This document shows positions 33,460-41,281 of a stretch of DNA of 41,355 nucleotides, in pieces. Location: NCBI GenBank assembly GCA_046599035.1, contig JBKJHK010000003.1, positions 1 through 41,355 of the forward strand. The letters run 5' to 3'. The stretch is from Parcubacteria group bacterium. Its GTDB lineage: Bacteria; Patescibacteriota; Minisyncoccia; Phycocordibacterales; DATDWN01. Under the pieces are notes generated by a model. It was not told where the DNA came from. It saw only the letters and a program-made list of their open reading frames with translations, and did no database searches. The position numbers and the translations under genes are program-made. Numbering within the stretch: position 1 is the first letter of the stretch; each line of letters starts with the position of its first letter.

Positions 33460-33726
33460 ATGCAAAATCTTAGTTTTTTAACTCCTAGAGAACTCTATGA
33501 GTTTGGAGCAATATCTGAATCCAAGGACTTAGGCGAGATTTGCAAAACTTTCGCCAAGTGTACCTTCTTGCTCCCTAAGGAGCTCGCAAATCTTGCTAGT
33601 CTGCTTTCGAGACTTGATCTCTCTTGTCTTGATGAAATATCGAGTAATCACCTCTCTCAGACAGTGGAGGTTAATCGAATCGTTTGGCAAGAATACTCAC
33701 GAAGAGAAATTCTTGTCCCTGCATAA
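33460..33726 (+). CDS. hypothetical protein (88 aa)
   Basis: AGGAG lies 5 nt before the ATG, and a clean terminator starts 3 nt after the stop. No family recognised. Confidence 0.55.
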   Translation: MQNLSFLTPRELYEFGAISESKDLGEICKTFAKCTFLLPKELANLASLLSRLDLSCLDEISSNHLSQTVEVNRIVWQEYSRREILVPA

Positions 33727-33728
33727 GT

Positions 33729-33758
33729 AGCGGAGTCGAAAGACTCCGCTATATTTTT
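33729..33758 (+). terminator. intrinsic terminator
   Basis: AGCGGAGTC-GAAA-GACTCCGCT followed by ATATTTTT. Confidence 0.7.
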
Positions 33759-33837
33759 AAAATTTAAGGGATGTTCCGTCTGGGACGACGTCCGAATGGT
33801 TTTATGGAGTAATAATACAAAAGCTTATTGATTTTGA

Positions 33838-34158
33838 CTACCTACTATCAAAACCTCGTGCAAGAATCTGTTTTGCCTTTTGCGGTTCTTTTTTTAGCCA
33901 ATCAAGCATAAGAAACGCCCCGACTGGATGAAGATTTTTTTCTTTCATAAGTCTTTCAAGATTCCATCCTTCAACTTCTAAGTCTGGTAGGTCACCAGTT
34001 TCCAAGAATTTTTCAAATTCGGTTCGTAAAGGTTCAGAAAGTTTTTCAATATCTTCAAGTGTCACTAAGAGAGCATGTTCTTGGATATAATCATTCGGCC
34101 ATTTCTCTCTAATCTTTTGTTTTATTTGTAAGATTTCCATATATTTCATCCTATCCAT
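33838..34158 (-). CDS. hypothetical protein (106 aa)
   Basis: The ORF overlaps the GNAT stop codon by 13 nt, so the two are probably translationally coupled. No family recognised. Confidence 0.55.
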   Translation of the reverse strand: MDRMKYMEILQIKQKIREKWPNDYIQEHALLVTLEDIEKLSEPLRTEFEKFLETGDLPDLEVEGWNLERLMKEKNLHPVGAFLMLDWLKKEPQKAKQILARGFDSR

Positions 34159-34487
34159 TCATACAATCCTCTACCATTTGCAATAGTACCTATCTGTTTT
34201 GCTAGACCCTTGCGAACAAATTTCTCCCAAAGATTTTCACCTAATTCAGAAAGTTGCATATCAGATCGTAGTGGTTTATCGAGAGACTCAACTACTTTTT
34301 TATAAACAACTTCACCCAAACCTTTTCCTCTTAGACTTTCATCAATAGTTATAAAACCAACACTATAATAATCTCCATGGTCACTTAATGCTACAACTCC
34401 AACTCGCTTACCGTCGAGCATAATCTTTCTATCTGCAATTTCCATTCTTCCTTCAAAATTTTCTTGATTTTGTGGCACACCTTCCAT
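34146..34487 (-). CDS. GNAT-family N-acetyltransferase (short)
   Basis: 113 aa with the acetyl-CoA binding motif LRGKGLGEVVYKKVVESL (motif A, R/Q-x-x-G-x-G/A). Confidence 0.85.
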   Translation of the reverse strand: MEGVPQNQENFEGRMEIADRKIMLDGKRVGVVALSDHGDYYSVGFITIDESLRGKGLGEVVYKKVVESLDKPLRSDMQLSELGENLWEKFVRKGLAKQIGTIANGRGLYEWIG

Positions 34488-34534
34488 GGTTATATATTAA
34501 CATTTTTATGGTTTAGAGAGGAGTCTTTCCCTCA

Positions 34535-34700
34535 AAATTCTTCATCTTGTCAGATGAAGAATTTCTGGGCACCGGATTTCCGACACGAGCTACTGCTCGC
34601 GTAAACCGGAAATCCGTTCAAGTCCTCACGTAAAAGTGCAACGCACTTTTACTTCCTGGGCACAAATGAAAAAACTCCCTTACGGAAGTTTTTTCATTTG
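34535..34700. other. structured tRNA-Leu trailer: four hairpins including an inverted partial copy of the tRNA-Leu 3' end
   Basis: A 22-bp perfect inverted repeat (34655-34676 / 34687-34708) overlaps the tRNA 3' end. The left arm continues as GTTCAAGTCCTC (34616-34627), which matches the tRNA T-loop, and is interrupted by a 26-nt hairpin. Further hairpins lie at 34573-34616 and 34535-34564. Confidence 0.6.
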
Positions 34701-34782
34701 TGCCCAGGAGAGGACTTGAACCTCCACGGCTTGCGCCATACGAACCTCAATCGTACGTGGTTACCAGTTACACCACCTGGGC
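34701..34782 (-). tRNA. tRNA-Leu (GAG)
   Basis: Hand-folded 82-nt type II tRNA with acceptor GCCCAGG/CCTGGGC, anticodon arm TACGA-TTGAGGT-TCGTA, a long variable arm GGC-GCAA-GCC and T arm GGAGG-TTCAAGT-CCTCT. CCA is not encoded. Confidence 0.9.
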
Positions 34783-34858
34783 AATATTTTATCAAAATAC
34801 ACTTAGGTCACTTGAGGTACACCCATGATACCTAAAGATTTGTTAATTTTCAATCTTT

Positions 34859-35119
34859 TCAATTATACAGATTTGAATGCGTGTCTATATCTAGAAATAT
34901 AATTGTTCCACTATCTTCAAACTTATATATTACTCTCAGGTCCCCTCCGACGTTAATACTCCACTTTCCCATTTGATCTCCTTTTAATTGATGATTTTGT
35001 AATAAAGGATCGTGAGGATCTACTAAAAACAAATTTCTTCTTTTTTTAAATCTTATTTTCTCTCCCTCTCGAAGTTTTTTAAATTTCTTGCCAAAATTTT
35101 TATGAATGACAATTATCAT
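34859..35119 (-). CDS. type II toxin, RelE/YafQ-like mRNA interferase
   Basis: 86 aa from ATG 35119. LQNHQLKGDQMGKWSINVGGDLRVIY...IIFLDIDTHSNLY fits the RelE/YafQ pattern (H.L.G....s..v..d.R.iy....GtHs.lY). Confidence 0.8.
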   Translation of the reverse strand: MIIVIHKNFGKKFKKLREGEKIRFKKRRNLFLVDPHDPLLQNHQLKGDQMGKWSINVGGDLRVIYKFEDSGTIIFLDIDTHSNLYN

Positions 35120-35123
35120 ATAC

Positions 35124-35396
35124 TTATAGAGATGCGAGGTATGTGTCCATTTCTCGAGCAGTACGAAATTTAGGCGATAGGTTTTTCCCATTCTTTATAT
35201 CTTGATCAATACTCTTCAAGAGTCTTGATGTTTTTTTATTCACTGTATGTGCAGAAAAATACGCTTCTTTGTTTCTAATAAACTCTTTAAGATAATTGTT
35301 TACAAGAATAGAAAGTGGGAGGTTCATCTCCTGAGCCACTCTTTGAGCCTCTTTCTTAACGACTGGATCCACCTTTACATTTAGTACTGTTTTCAT
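35124..35396 (-). CDS. antitoxin, RelB/DinJ-like (RHH)
   Basis: MKTVLNVKVDPVVKKEAQRVAQEMNLPLSILVNNYLKEF is a DinJ-type N-terminal RHH pattern. The gene lies 4 nt upstream of the toxin. Confidence 0.75.
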   Translation of the reverse strand: MKTVLNVKVDPVVKKEAQRVAQEMNLPLSILVNNYLKEFIRNKEAYFSAHTVNKKTSRLLKSIDQDIKNGKNLSPKFRTAREMDTYLASL

Positions 35397-35433
35397 AACC
35401 AAAGTATACACAACGGTTATTTTTACGTCAATT

Positions 35434-35484
35434 AAAAAAACACCTCATTTAGTAGAATGACCTACTGGGCTGAGGTGTTTTTTG
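35434..35484. terminator. terminator-like conserved hairpin, motif D copy 2 (after rplS)
   Basis: AAAAAAACACCTCA-TTTAGTAGAATGACCTACTGGGC-TGAGGTGTTTTTT, with A and T runs on both sides. Confidence 0.65.
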
Positions 35485-35488
35485 TTTT

Positions 35489-35920
35489 TTATTCTGCTGC
35501 TACTTCTACTGAGGCTTCCTCTTCGACAACTTCTTCCTCTGTAGATTTTTTTGTAGTTCGGATATTTCGCATCTGTCGGCGGATCTCTTTCGCTGCCTTG
35601 TCTCGGATATGGTAGAGCTTTGCTCGTCGTACCTTTGCTCGCTTCAAAACTTCTATCGAGTCAATCATTGGAGAATAAAGTGGGAAAATTTTCTCAACCC
35701 CTACTCCTGAAGCGATTTTTCGTACTGTAAATGTAGAGCCGGCTTCTTTGCCGTGCTTGACTGCAATTGTGAGACCTTCAAATGCCTGAAGTCGAGTCTT
35801 TCCTTTTTCCTGAATCTTCTGCCATACACGAATCGTATCTCCAGATCGAATATCCATCTTCTTTCGATCTGCGACGGTAACAGGAGAATGTATTGTAGTG
35901 CCGGTTGCTTTTGTTGCCAT
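35489..35920 (-). CDS. rplS: 50S ribosomal protein L19 with an acidic C-terminal extension
   Basis: IRSGDTIRVWQKIQEKGKTRLQAFEGLTIAVKHGKEAGSTFTVRKIASGVGVEKIFPLYSP matches the L19 core. ATG 35920 is preferred over TTG 35932. Confidence 0.93.
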   Translation of the reverse strand: MATKATGTTIHSPVTVADRKKMDIRSGDTIRVWQKIQEKGKTRLQAFEGLTIAVKHGKEAGSTFTVRKIASGVGVEKIFPLYSPMIDSIEVLKRAKVRRAKLYHIRDKAAKEIRRQMRNIRTTKKSTEEEVVEEEASVEVAAE

Positions 35921-35947
35921 AGTGATAAGCAATTTAGCATAGATATG

Positions 35948-36667
35948 CTAATTCCGCAACAACCTCAAACCTTCTTCAAAATCGGCCGGGTACGGTGCCT
36001 CGACCCTCACTTGTTTCCCCTCAGTATTGGTAAATTCTATAGAGCGGGCATGGAGAGCGGTATGGGTAAAACCGAGAGCAGGAGGCATGGTAGGAGCATA
36101 CAAGCTATCCCCTACAAGCGGGTGTCGGATCACCTTGAAATGCACTCGTATTTGGTGAGTTCGCCCGGTTTCGGGCATAGCCTGTACAAATGCAATACCA
36201 TGACCTGACTCCTTGACCACATACCGAGTGACTGCTTCCCGCTTCTGTCCTCGAGCCCCTCTTTCAGAAGACCAGAGACGGACGTCGTGCTGGCTGCGCC
36301 CGATTGGCTTGTCGATGAGTCCCCTTGGGTGTTTTGGAACACCATGCACAAATGCATGATATATTTTCTTGATTTCTCGATTCTGAAATTGACTCTTCAG
36401 TGTTTGGAACCCTTCTTCTGTTTTTGCAATGAGCATTACCCCTGACGTATCACGGTCCAACCTGTGCACAATACCAGGCCGGTCGATAAATTCATCTTCA
36501 TCGATTTCCATTGGCTCCCCCACGTCCTTAATACCGGGAAATTTCTTTACAACCCAGTCAGTAAGAGTTGGTTCAGTGGATTTCCCATCTCCATGCACCA
36601 CAAGACCACTCGGCTTGTTCACCGCCGCTATATCGTTGTCTTCGTATAAAATAGTTGGTTCTTCCAT
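35948..36667 (-). CDS. RluA-family pseudouridine synthase
   Basis: 239 aa with the catalytic motif HRLDRDTSGVMLIAKT and the C-terminal THQIRVH. It has no N-terminal S4 domain. Confidence 0.92.
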   Translation of the reverse strand: MEEPTILYEDNDIAAVNKPSGLVVHGDGKSTEPTLTDWVVKKFPGIKDVGEPMEIDEDEFIDRPGIVHRLDRDTSGVMLIAKTEEGFQTLKSQFQNREIKKIYHAFVHGVPKHPRGLIDKPIGRSQHDVRLWSSERGARGQKREAVTRYVVKESGHGIAFVQAMPETGRTHQIRVHFKVIRHPLVGDSLYAPTMPPALGFTHTALHARSIEFTNTEGKQVRVEAPYPADFEEGLRLLRN

Positions 36668-36673
36668 AGAGTG

Positions 36674-37357
36674 TTATGCGCCAAAACGTCGCTGACGCTC
36701 AGCATATTCTCGCATCATACCTAAAAATTCGTCTTTAGAGAAATCGGGCCAGAGTGTCTCTGTAAAGAAAAGCTCACTGTATACACTTTGCCATGGTAGA
36801 AAACCAGAAAGACGCTTTTCTCCCGAAGTGCGAATGATCATGTCCGGATCAGGCATCGGCTGCGTCTGCAAATGCTTATTGAAATATTCTTCGTTGATCT
36901 CCTCTATTTTCGGATGCTCCTCCACTATTTTTTTCACTGCACTCAAAATTTCCTGCCGACCACCGTAGTTGAGTGCAAAGTAAATATGAGGACCCTTGTT
37001 ATCTTTCGTTTTCTCTTCTGCGTTCTTAAAAATCTGCTGCAGATCATTTGGAAACTTTAGCGTATCCCCCACACAATGCAGCACACCACCTTCAGCATGA
37101 AAATTGTCCAGTTCTTTCGTGATGAATTCTCCGATCAAAGAAAGTAGATACGAGACTTCCTCAATCTTCCTGTTCCAGTTTTCGGTGGAAAACGTAAAAA
37201 AAACAACATGCTGTATGCCGCATTCTTTTACCCACTGCACTACTTCTTTGAGCTTCTTCCCTCCTGCCCGGTGTCCTTCAAATACGGGTAACTCCTTACC
37301 TTTAGCCCATCTTCGATTACCGTCCATGATCACGCCGATACACTGTGGTTTTTCCAT
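36674..37357 (-). CDS. uppS: undecaprenyl (isoprenyl) diphosphate synthase
   Basis: 227 aa with IGVIMDGNRRWA, the FSTENW region and RTSGEKRLSGFLPWQS. Confidence 0.95.
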   Translation of the reverse strand: MEKPQCIGVIMDGNRRWAKGKELPVFEGHRAGGKKLKEVVQWVKECGIQHVVFFTFSTENWNRKIEEVSYLLSLIGEFITKELDNFHAEGGVLHCVGDTLKFPNDLQQIFKNAEEKTKDNKGPHIYFALNYGGRQEILSAVKKIVEEHPKIEEINEEYFNKHLQTQPMPDPDMIIRTSGEKRLSGFLPWQSVYSELFFTETLWPDFSKDEFLGMMREYAERQRRFGA

Positions 37358-37441
37358 ATAATTGTATAGTATACCAGAGACTCTACACGAAAGTATTGTA
37401 AAAACAAGTTATTTAGTATATAAATAGTGGGTTAAAAGGTT

Positions 37442-37514
37442 GCGCGATTAGCTCAGTTGGTAGAGCGCTTCATTTACACTGAAGATGCCGCAGGTTCGAG
37501 TCCTGCATCGCGCA
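37442..37514 (+). tRNA. tRNA-Val (TAC)
   Basis: Hand-folded 73-nt cloverleaf with acceptor GCGCGAT/ATCGCGC, anticodon arm CTTCA-TTTACAC-TGAAG and T arm GCAGG-TTCGAGT-CCTGC. Confidence 0.9.
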
Positions 37515-37561
37515 CATAATATAAAAAACCTGGACTGATCCAGGTTTTTTATATTATGTGC
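37512..37561. terminator. long perfect hairpin terminator overlapping the tRNA-Val 3' end
   Basis: GCACATAATATAAAAAACCTGGA-CTGA-TCCAGGTTTTTTATATTATGTGC is a 23-bp stem containing A and T runs. Confidence 0.7.
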
Positions 37562-37686
37562 GAGCCGGAGACATGTTTCGTCAGTAGACGAAACGGTCGA
37601 GGCACGGTCATGAAAATTTCCGAGTGGCGACGAGGAAATTATTCCTGACCACATTTGACTTACCCAAAAAGGAGTTTTTTCATTTG

Positions 37687-37758
37687 TGCTCCCGGTAGGA
37701 ATCGAACCTACATTAACGGCTTAGAAGTCCGCTGTTCTATCCATTGAACTACGGGAGC
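37687..37758 (-). tRNA. tRNA-Arg (TCT)
   Basis: Hand-folded 72 nt with acceptor GCTCCCG/CGGGAGC, anticodon loop CTTCTAA and T arm GTAGG-TTCGATT-CCTAC. The anticodon stem has one A-G mismatch at 31:39. Confidence 0.8.
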
Positions 37759-37785
37759 AATACCCCACCTTAGCACGAAGAATTA

Positions 37786-38124
37786 TTAGAGTGAAGGGTC
37801 TGCTTGTACCGAAGGGGTTTCTTTCAGTCTCTGGAACTCTTCTGCCTGCTTGTTAAAACGCTCCAAAGCAATCTGTAGAAGTTTTTTATCTATTTTTACT
37901 TGATAGGATGCACCTACTTCGGGAACTGGCCACCATGAATTATTTTTTACGCCGATATAAATAAAGACATGGACGCATGCAGCGCACAGTACTAAAAAAA
38001 TGAATGTGAAGACAATAATCTTCCAGTCAGTACCTGGCCGAACACCTTTCTTGCGATAGATGCCTCGCACTTGGTTCGTCTTCTTATTATAGAATGCTGT
38101 AAACGAAGAAAATAGATTTTTCAT
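37786..38124 (-). CDS. hypothetical single-TM protein, last gene of the pil cluster
   Basis: 112 aa with one TM segment. It overlaps the pilO-like stop codon by 4 nt. No family recognised. Confidence 0.55.
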   Translation of the reverse strand: MKNLFSSFTAFYNKKTNQVRGIYRKKGVRPGTDWKIIVFTFIFLVLCAACVHVFIYIGVKNNSWWPVPEVGASYQVKIDKKLLQIALERFNKQAEEFQRLKETPSVQADPSL

Positions 38125-38669
38125 ATATTTTTCTGCTTAAGCACACGGATACTATAAACCCCTCTCCATATGACAGGTTTATCTTTTTCAGCCGGCGTAC
38201 TGAAGAGAGCGATAGAATTCACATCTACCGAATATGGCAATGTAGGAAGAAGCTTTGAGAAATTCCAGACTGAAAGCCATGTCCCTTTTACCTCCACTCG
38301 AAGCACGAGATACTCCATTCCATGAGTTGCAAGTGAAGTGGGTGCATCGAGCGAAACCGAGTTGATTTTTATCTCCAACCCCTGATCTCGAGCAGTTTTT
38401 TCCACAAATTCGATAAAATCAACTTCTCCTTGTTTTTTCACAAAGAAGTTTCTGAGATTGTCGATATCTGGCTGCGTCGTCTGAAACGAACGCAGCAGGT
38501 CTTCTGCATATTGTTTTTTCTCCCCTCCGAAAATGATGTCATTTTTGTATGCAGAGACACGAGCAGCCTTTTCCCACACATTTTGTATCAGGAAAAAATA
38601 TGCGGCCATTGCCAAGCCAATGCACAAACTAAGGAGAGCCATACTGTAATAATGCTTTTTCTCAATCAT
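38121..38669 (-). CDS. pilO: PilO-like type IV pilus assembly protein
   Basis: 182 aa with an N-terminal TM segment, a coiled segment and a C-terminal alpha/beta domain. It sits after pilM-pilN, with overlapping stop and start codons. Confidence 0.6.
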   Translation of the reverse strand: MIEKKHYYSMALLSLCIGLAMAAYFFLIQNVWEKAARVSAYKNDIIFGGEKKQYAEDLLRSFQTTQPDIDNLRNFFVKKQGEVDFIEFVEKTARDQGLEIKINSVSLDAPTSLATHGMEYLVLRVEVKGTWLSVWNFSKLLPTLPYSVDVNSIALFSTPAEKDKPVIWRGVYSIRVLKQKNI

Positions 38670-39202
38670 CGTATTTTTACATTTACAGAAAACTCGATAT
38701 CTTTATCCTTGGCAAAATTAGATACGGGCAGTACAACATCAAAGAATCCTTTTGTAGATTCAAGTTTATTTACAAATTCTCGGAGGGCTTCACGTTTGAG
38801 AGCAATACCTTTGAGTACAAGCACTGACGTACTTGCGGTATCTTCCCTATATTCTATTTCATTTACATGTATAAATGAATTCTTTGCTTCCCCCACTTTC
38901 TCCAAAGTGAGGAGAGGGTCAATCGGGTTCCCTGACATCGCGAGTGCCCGTAGTTGCTCATTGGTCTCTTTTATTGTCTCCACTACAACATCCGCTTCCT
39001 TTAGTTGAAGCGAATTATTTATAAGTACAGTATCCGCAAGTGTATTTTTTTCTTCAAAAAAGATATAGGCATAGGTGGGTAGGAGAAATATGAGAAGCAT
39101 CACTACACACACAAGCAAGCCAAAAAGCCAAACGACAATGCGACGGTGCTTGTAGTCTTTCAAGATTCTCTCTTTTACGATATCGGGAACAAGGTTGAAC
39201 AT
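38666..39202 (-). CDS. pilN: PilN-like type IV pilus assembly protein
   Basis: 178 aa from ATG 39202. It has the N-terminal FNLVPDI motif (the PilM-binding INLLP type), one TM segment and a periplasmic domain. Confidence 0.7.
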   Translation of the reverse strand: MFNLVPDIVKERILKDYKHRRIVVWLFGLLVCVVMLLIFLLPTYAYIFFEEKNTLADTVLINNSLQLKEADVVVETIKETNEQLRALAMSGNPIDPLLTLEKVGEAKNSFIHVNEIEYREDTASTSVLVLKGIALKREALREFVNKLESTKGFFDVVLPVSNFAKDKDIEFSVNVKIR

Positions 39203-39207
39203 ATAAT

Positions 39208-40182
39208 TTAAATCAAAATATGGGTCGGTAATGCAAGGCCGATCGCCGGAGCATATTTTACCGAATCGATAAAAGAAAGCTCTGGTACAGACTCGTGTAT
39301 ATTGAATGCATTGGTCCACACATTTCCCACCGTCACATCCACTTTAACAAGTGCGGTTAAGGTGGGCGCAAAATCATCATTAAAGCCTTCCCCTGTTACG
39401 AAAATATGTTCAATGTCTTTTGAAACAGTGTCGTCGGAAACATGAGAGTTCTTCCAATATGTAATCACTTTCTTTATTTCCGGAGCGACCATACTCGGAT
39501 CAAATCCTCCATCTGTCTTTGTGGTATTAAAAGTAGAAGTGAAATGTATAATACTATGGCTCACGATGTATAAGCCAACTTTCTCTGGAGCACAGTGGAC
39601 GATAACATATGTGCCTCGCTCAGCTTTTGTGAGAAGTGCGCGGGCGATTGCTTGGGATTCCATTTCAAGAGAATATGTTATAAACCCTGCAGATTCAAAT
39701 ACTTCTACATACAGATCAATAAGTAGAGACGGGATCGCAGAGACCACTACATCAAAATGCTCTTTCTTTGGATCCTTAGGATCAATGACCGCAAAGTCAA
39801 ACACAAGAGTGTTTGCAGGAAGAGGAACATTCTCTTCCAATTTGAATTCTATATTACTCCTAATCTCATTTGAAGGAACAAATGGTATGTTTGTTTTGAA
39901 GAGGTATGCCTTCTCTTCGGGGAGTGATGCTCGTACGTACGGAGTCTTGATCTCTTTCTTTATATCTTTAAGAACCGCGATCACCTCGTCGGTGTTGTGA
40001 ATATGACCTGAGACGATAGCACCGGCAGGAAGCGGTCGCTCAAGATATTTTTTAATAGCTAGATTTCTTCCACTCTTTTCAAACTGGAAAAACCTGATCG
40101 AGGTATCAGAAACTGACACGCCAGAATACTCTGGATCAAGAAATTTTGGTGTTGGAAAAAACTTTAAAAAACGATTCTGCAT
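39208..40182 (-). CDS. pilM: type IV pilus assembly ATPase-fold protein PilM
   Basis: 324 aa with an actin-like fold pattern. The N-terminus (SGVSVSDTSIRFFQFEK) and overall length are typical of PilM. It is followed by pilN and pilO. Confidence 0.88.
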   Translation of the reverse strand: MQNRFLKFFPTPKFLDPEYSGVSVSDTSIRFFQFEKSGRNLAIKKYLERPLPAGAIVSGHIHNTDEVIAVLKDIKKEIKTPYVRASLPEEKAYLFKTNIPFVPSNEIRSNIEFKLEENVPLPANTLVFDFAVIDPKDPKKEHFDVVVSAIPSLLIDLYVEVFESAGFITYSLEMESQAIARALLTKAERGTYVIVHCAPEKVGLYIVSHSIIHFTSTFNTTKTDGGFDPSMVAPEIKKVITYWKNSHVSDDTVSKDIEHIFVTGEGFNDDFAPTLTALVKVDVTVGNVWTNAFNIHESVPELSFIDSVKYAPAIGLALPTHILI

Positions 40183-40239
40183 TATGTCATAAGTATATAA
40201 TGCAATTCTTAGTTTTAAAACTGAGTTGTCCCCTTTGGG

Positions 40240-40302
40240 TAGAAGTTAGATGATAGAGGTTAGATGATAGAAGTTAGAAGTTAGAAGTTAGAAGTTAGAA
40301 GT
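40240..40302. repeat. heptanucleotide tandem repeat (AGAAGTT)n with degenerate 14-mer units, copy C2
   Basis: TAGAAGTTAGATGA TAGAGGTTAGATGA TAGAAGTT is followed by four perfect AGAAGTT units (40269-40296) and one partial unit. It lies 57 nt upstream of the pilM ATG. Confidence 0.8.
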
Positions 40303-40320
40303 AAAAAAAAGAACTCAAGA

Positions 40321-40647
40321 TTACTTAACGAGAGAACCTGGGGGTACGTTGTCGTCCAATTTCAACAACGAAAAGTATCCTTCACCGGAAACTGCAAGAA
40401 TCATTCCCTGACTCAGAAGTCCCATCATTGGACGTGGCTCAAGATTTGCAACAAAACCGCAGGTAATACCCGCAAGTCCTTCCCCTTCAGGAAAATATTT
40501 TGCAATACCAGAAAGAACCGTACGTGGAGCTTCCTCGCCAAAATCAACAGTGAGTTTCAATAATTTATCCGATCCTTCTATCAAAGCAACCTCCAGTATT
40601 TTCCCTGCACGTATTTCAACTTTTTTTACATCATCAATAGTGATCAT
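40321..40647 (-). CDS. tRNA-binding domain protein (CsaA/Trbp111-like, EMAP fold)
   Basis: 108 aa. VEIRAGKILEV...SDKLLKLTVDFGEE..RTVLSGIAKYF...FVANLEPRPMMGLLSQGMIL is typical of the MetRS C-terminal / CsaA OB-fold. Confidence 0.88.
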   Translation of the reverse strand: MITIDDVKKVEIRAGKILEVALIEGSDKLLKLTVDFGEEAPRTVLSGIAKYFPEGEGLAGITCGFVANLEPRPMMGLLSQGMILAVSGEGYFSLLKLDDNVPPGSLVK

Positions 40648-41042
40648 ACAGTTTCTTCTTTATATTTCTTTAAGTCTAAGTAACTACTTAAGATAAGTGC
40701 CGCAGCAGACGCATCGAGCATATCATTTTTACCCTGTAGTCGCTCTGCCTGGCTCGAAGTCATAAATTCAGGATGCAGGACAACAGGGATAGTAACTGCT
40801 TGCTTCAAACTTTCGATAAAAGGGGTGATCTCTTGCATAATGACATTATCCTCCCCTTTGAAATCCTTGCTGTCCCCTACAACAATCTCTCCTACATCGT
40901 TTAAAGTACAGAGCTCTTTCACCTCTCTCACAATATGCTCATTATTTTCCACCACCCCATATGGCAAGGCAAAGCTATTCGATTCGTCCGACAATGCAAT
41001 CCCGATACGTTTTGATCCGAAATCAATTCCTAGTGTTCTCAT
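40644..41042 (-). CDS. ruvX: Holliday junction resolvase-like RuvX (YqgF)
   Basis: 132 aa with the N-terminal LGIDFGSKRIGIALSD motif and C-terminal SSQAERL...DASAAALIL. Confidence 0.92.
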   Translation of the reverse strand: MRTLGIDFGSKRIGIALSDESNSFALPYGVVENNEHIVREVKELCTLNDVGEIVVGDSKDFKGEDNVIMQEITPFIESLKQAVTIPVVLHPEFMTSSQAERLQGKNDMLDASAAALILSSYLDLKKYKEETV

Positions 41043-41166
41043 AGGGATATTGTATAGGTAAACTAAACACCCTACAATGCCTCTTTCAATTGCAAAATCA
41101 GCTTTTTCTGATACTATAGACTCTGTCAGTAATGAGGTTTTAAACTAGCTACTATTGACAAAACTC

Positions 41167-41253
41167 GGAGGAGTGGCAGAGTGGTCGAATGCACTTGTCT
41201 TGAAAACAAGAGTCTGGGTAACTGGACCGTGAGTTCGAATCTCACCTCCTCCG
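41167..41253 (+). tRNA. tRNA-Ser (TGA)
   Basis: Hand-folded 87-nt type II tRNA with acceptor GGAGGAG/CTCCTCC, anticodon arm CTTGT-CTTGAAA-ACAAG, a long variable arm and T arm GTGAG-TTCGAAT-CTCAC. Confidence 0.9.
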
Positions 41254-41258
41254 CAAGC

Positions 41259-41281
41259 AAAACCGCCTAAAAGGCGGTTTT
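41259..41281 (+). terminator. intrinsic terminator after tRNA-Ser
   Basis: AAAACCGCC-TAAAA-GGCGGTTTT. Confidence 0.7.

Noticed and set aside
33838-34487. GNAT toxin / antitoxin (TacT-TacA type) module.
   Set aside because: The GNAT is only 113 aa. The partner gene lies downstream rather than upstream and shows no RHH/DUF1778 features.
34535-34782. Integrated prophage or ICE at tRNA-Leu.
   Set aside because: The window has no integrase, excisionase, or phage or conjugation genes. The tRNA fragment is inverted rather than a direct att-type repeat.
37448-37654. 68-aa minus-strand ORF.
   Set aside because: It overlaps tRNA-Val and its 23-bp terminator hairpin, and it has no RBS and no family resemblance.
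40240-40302. CRISPR array.
   Set aside because: The repeat unit is only 7 nt (14 nt when degenerate), the units are contiguous with no spacers, and there are no cas genes in the window.
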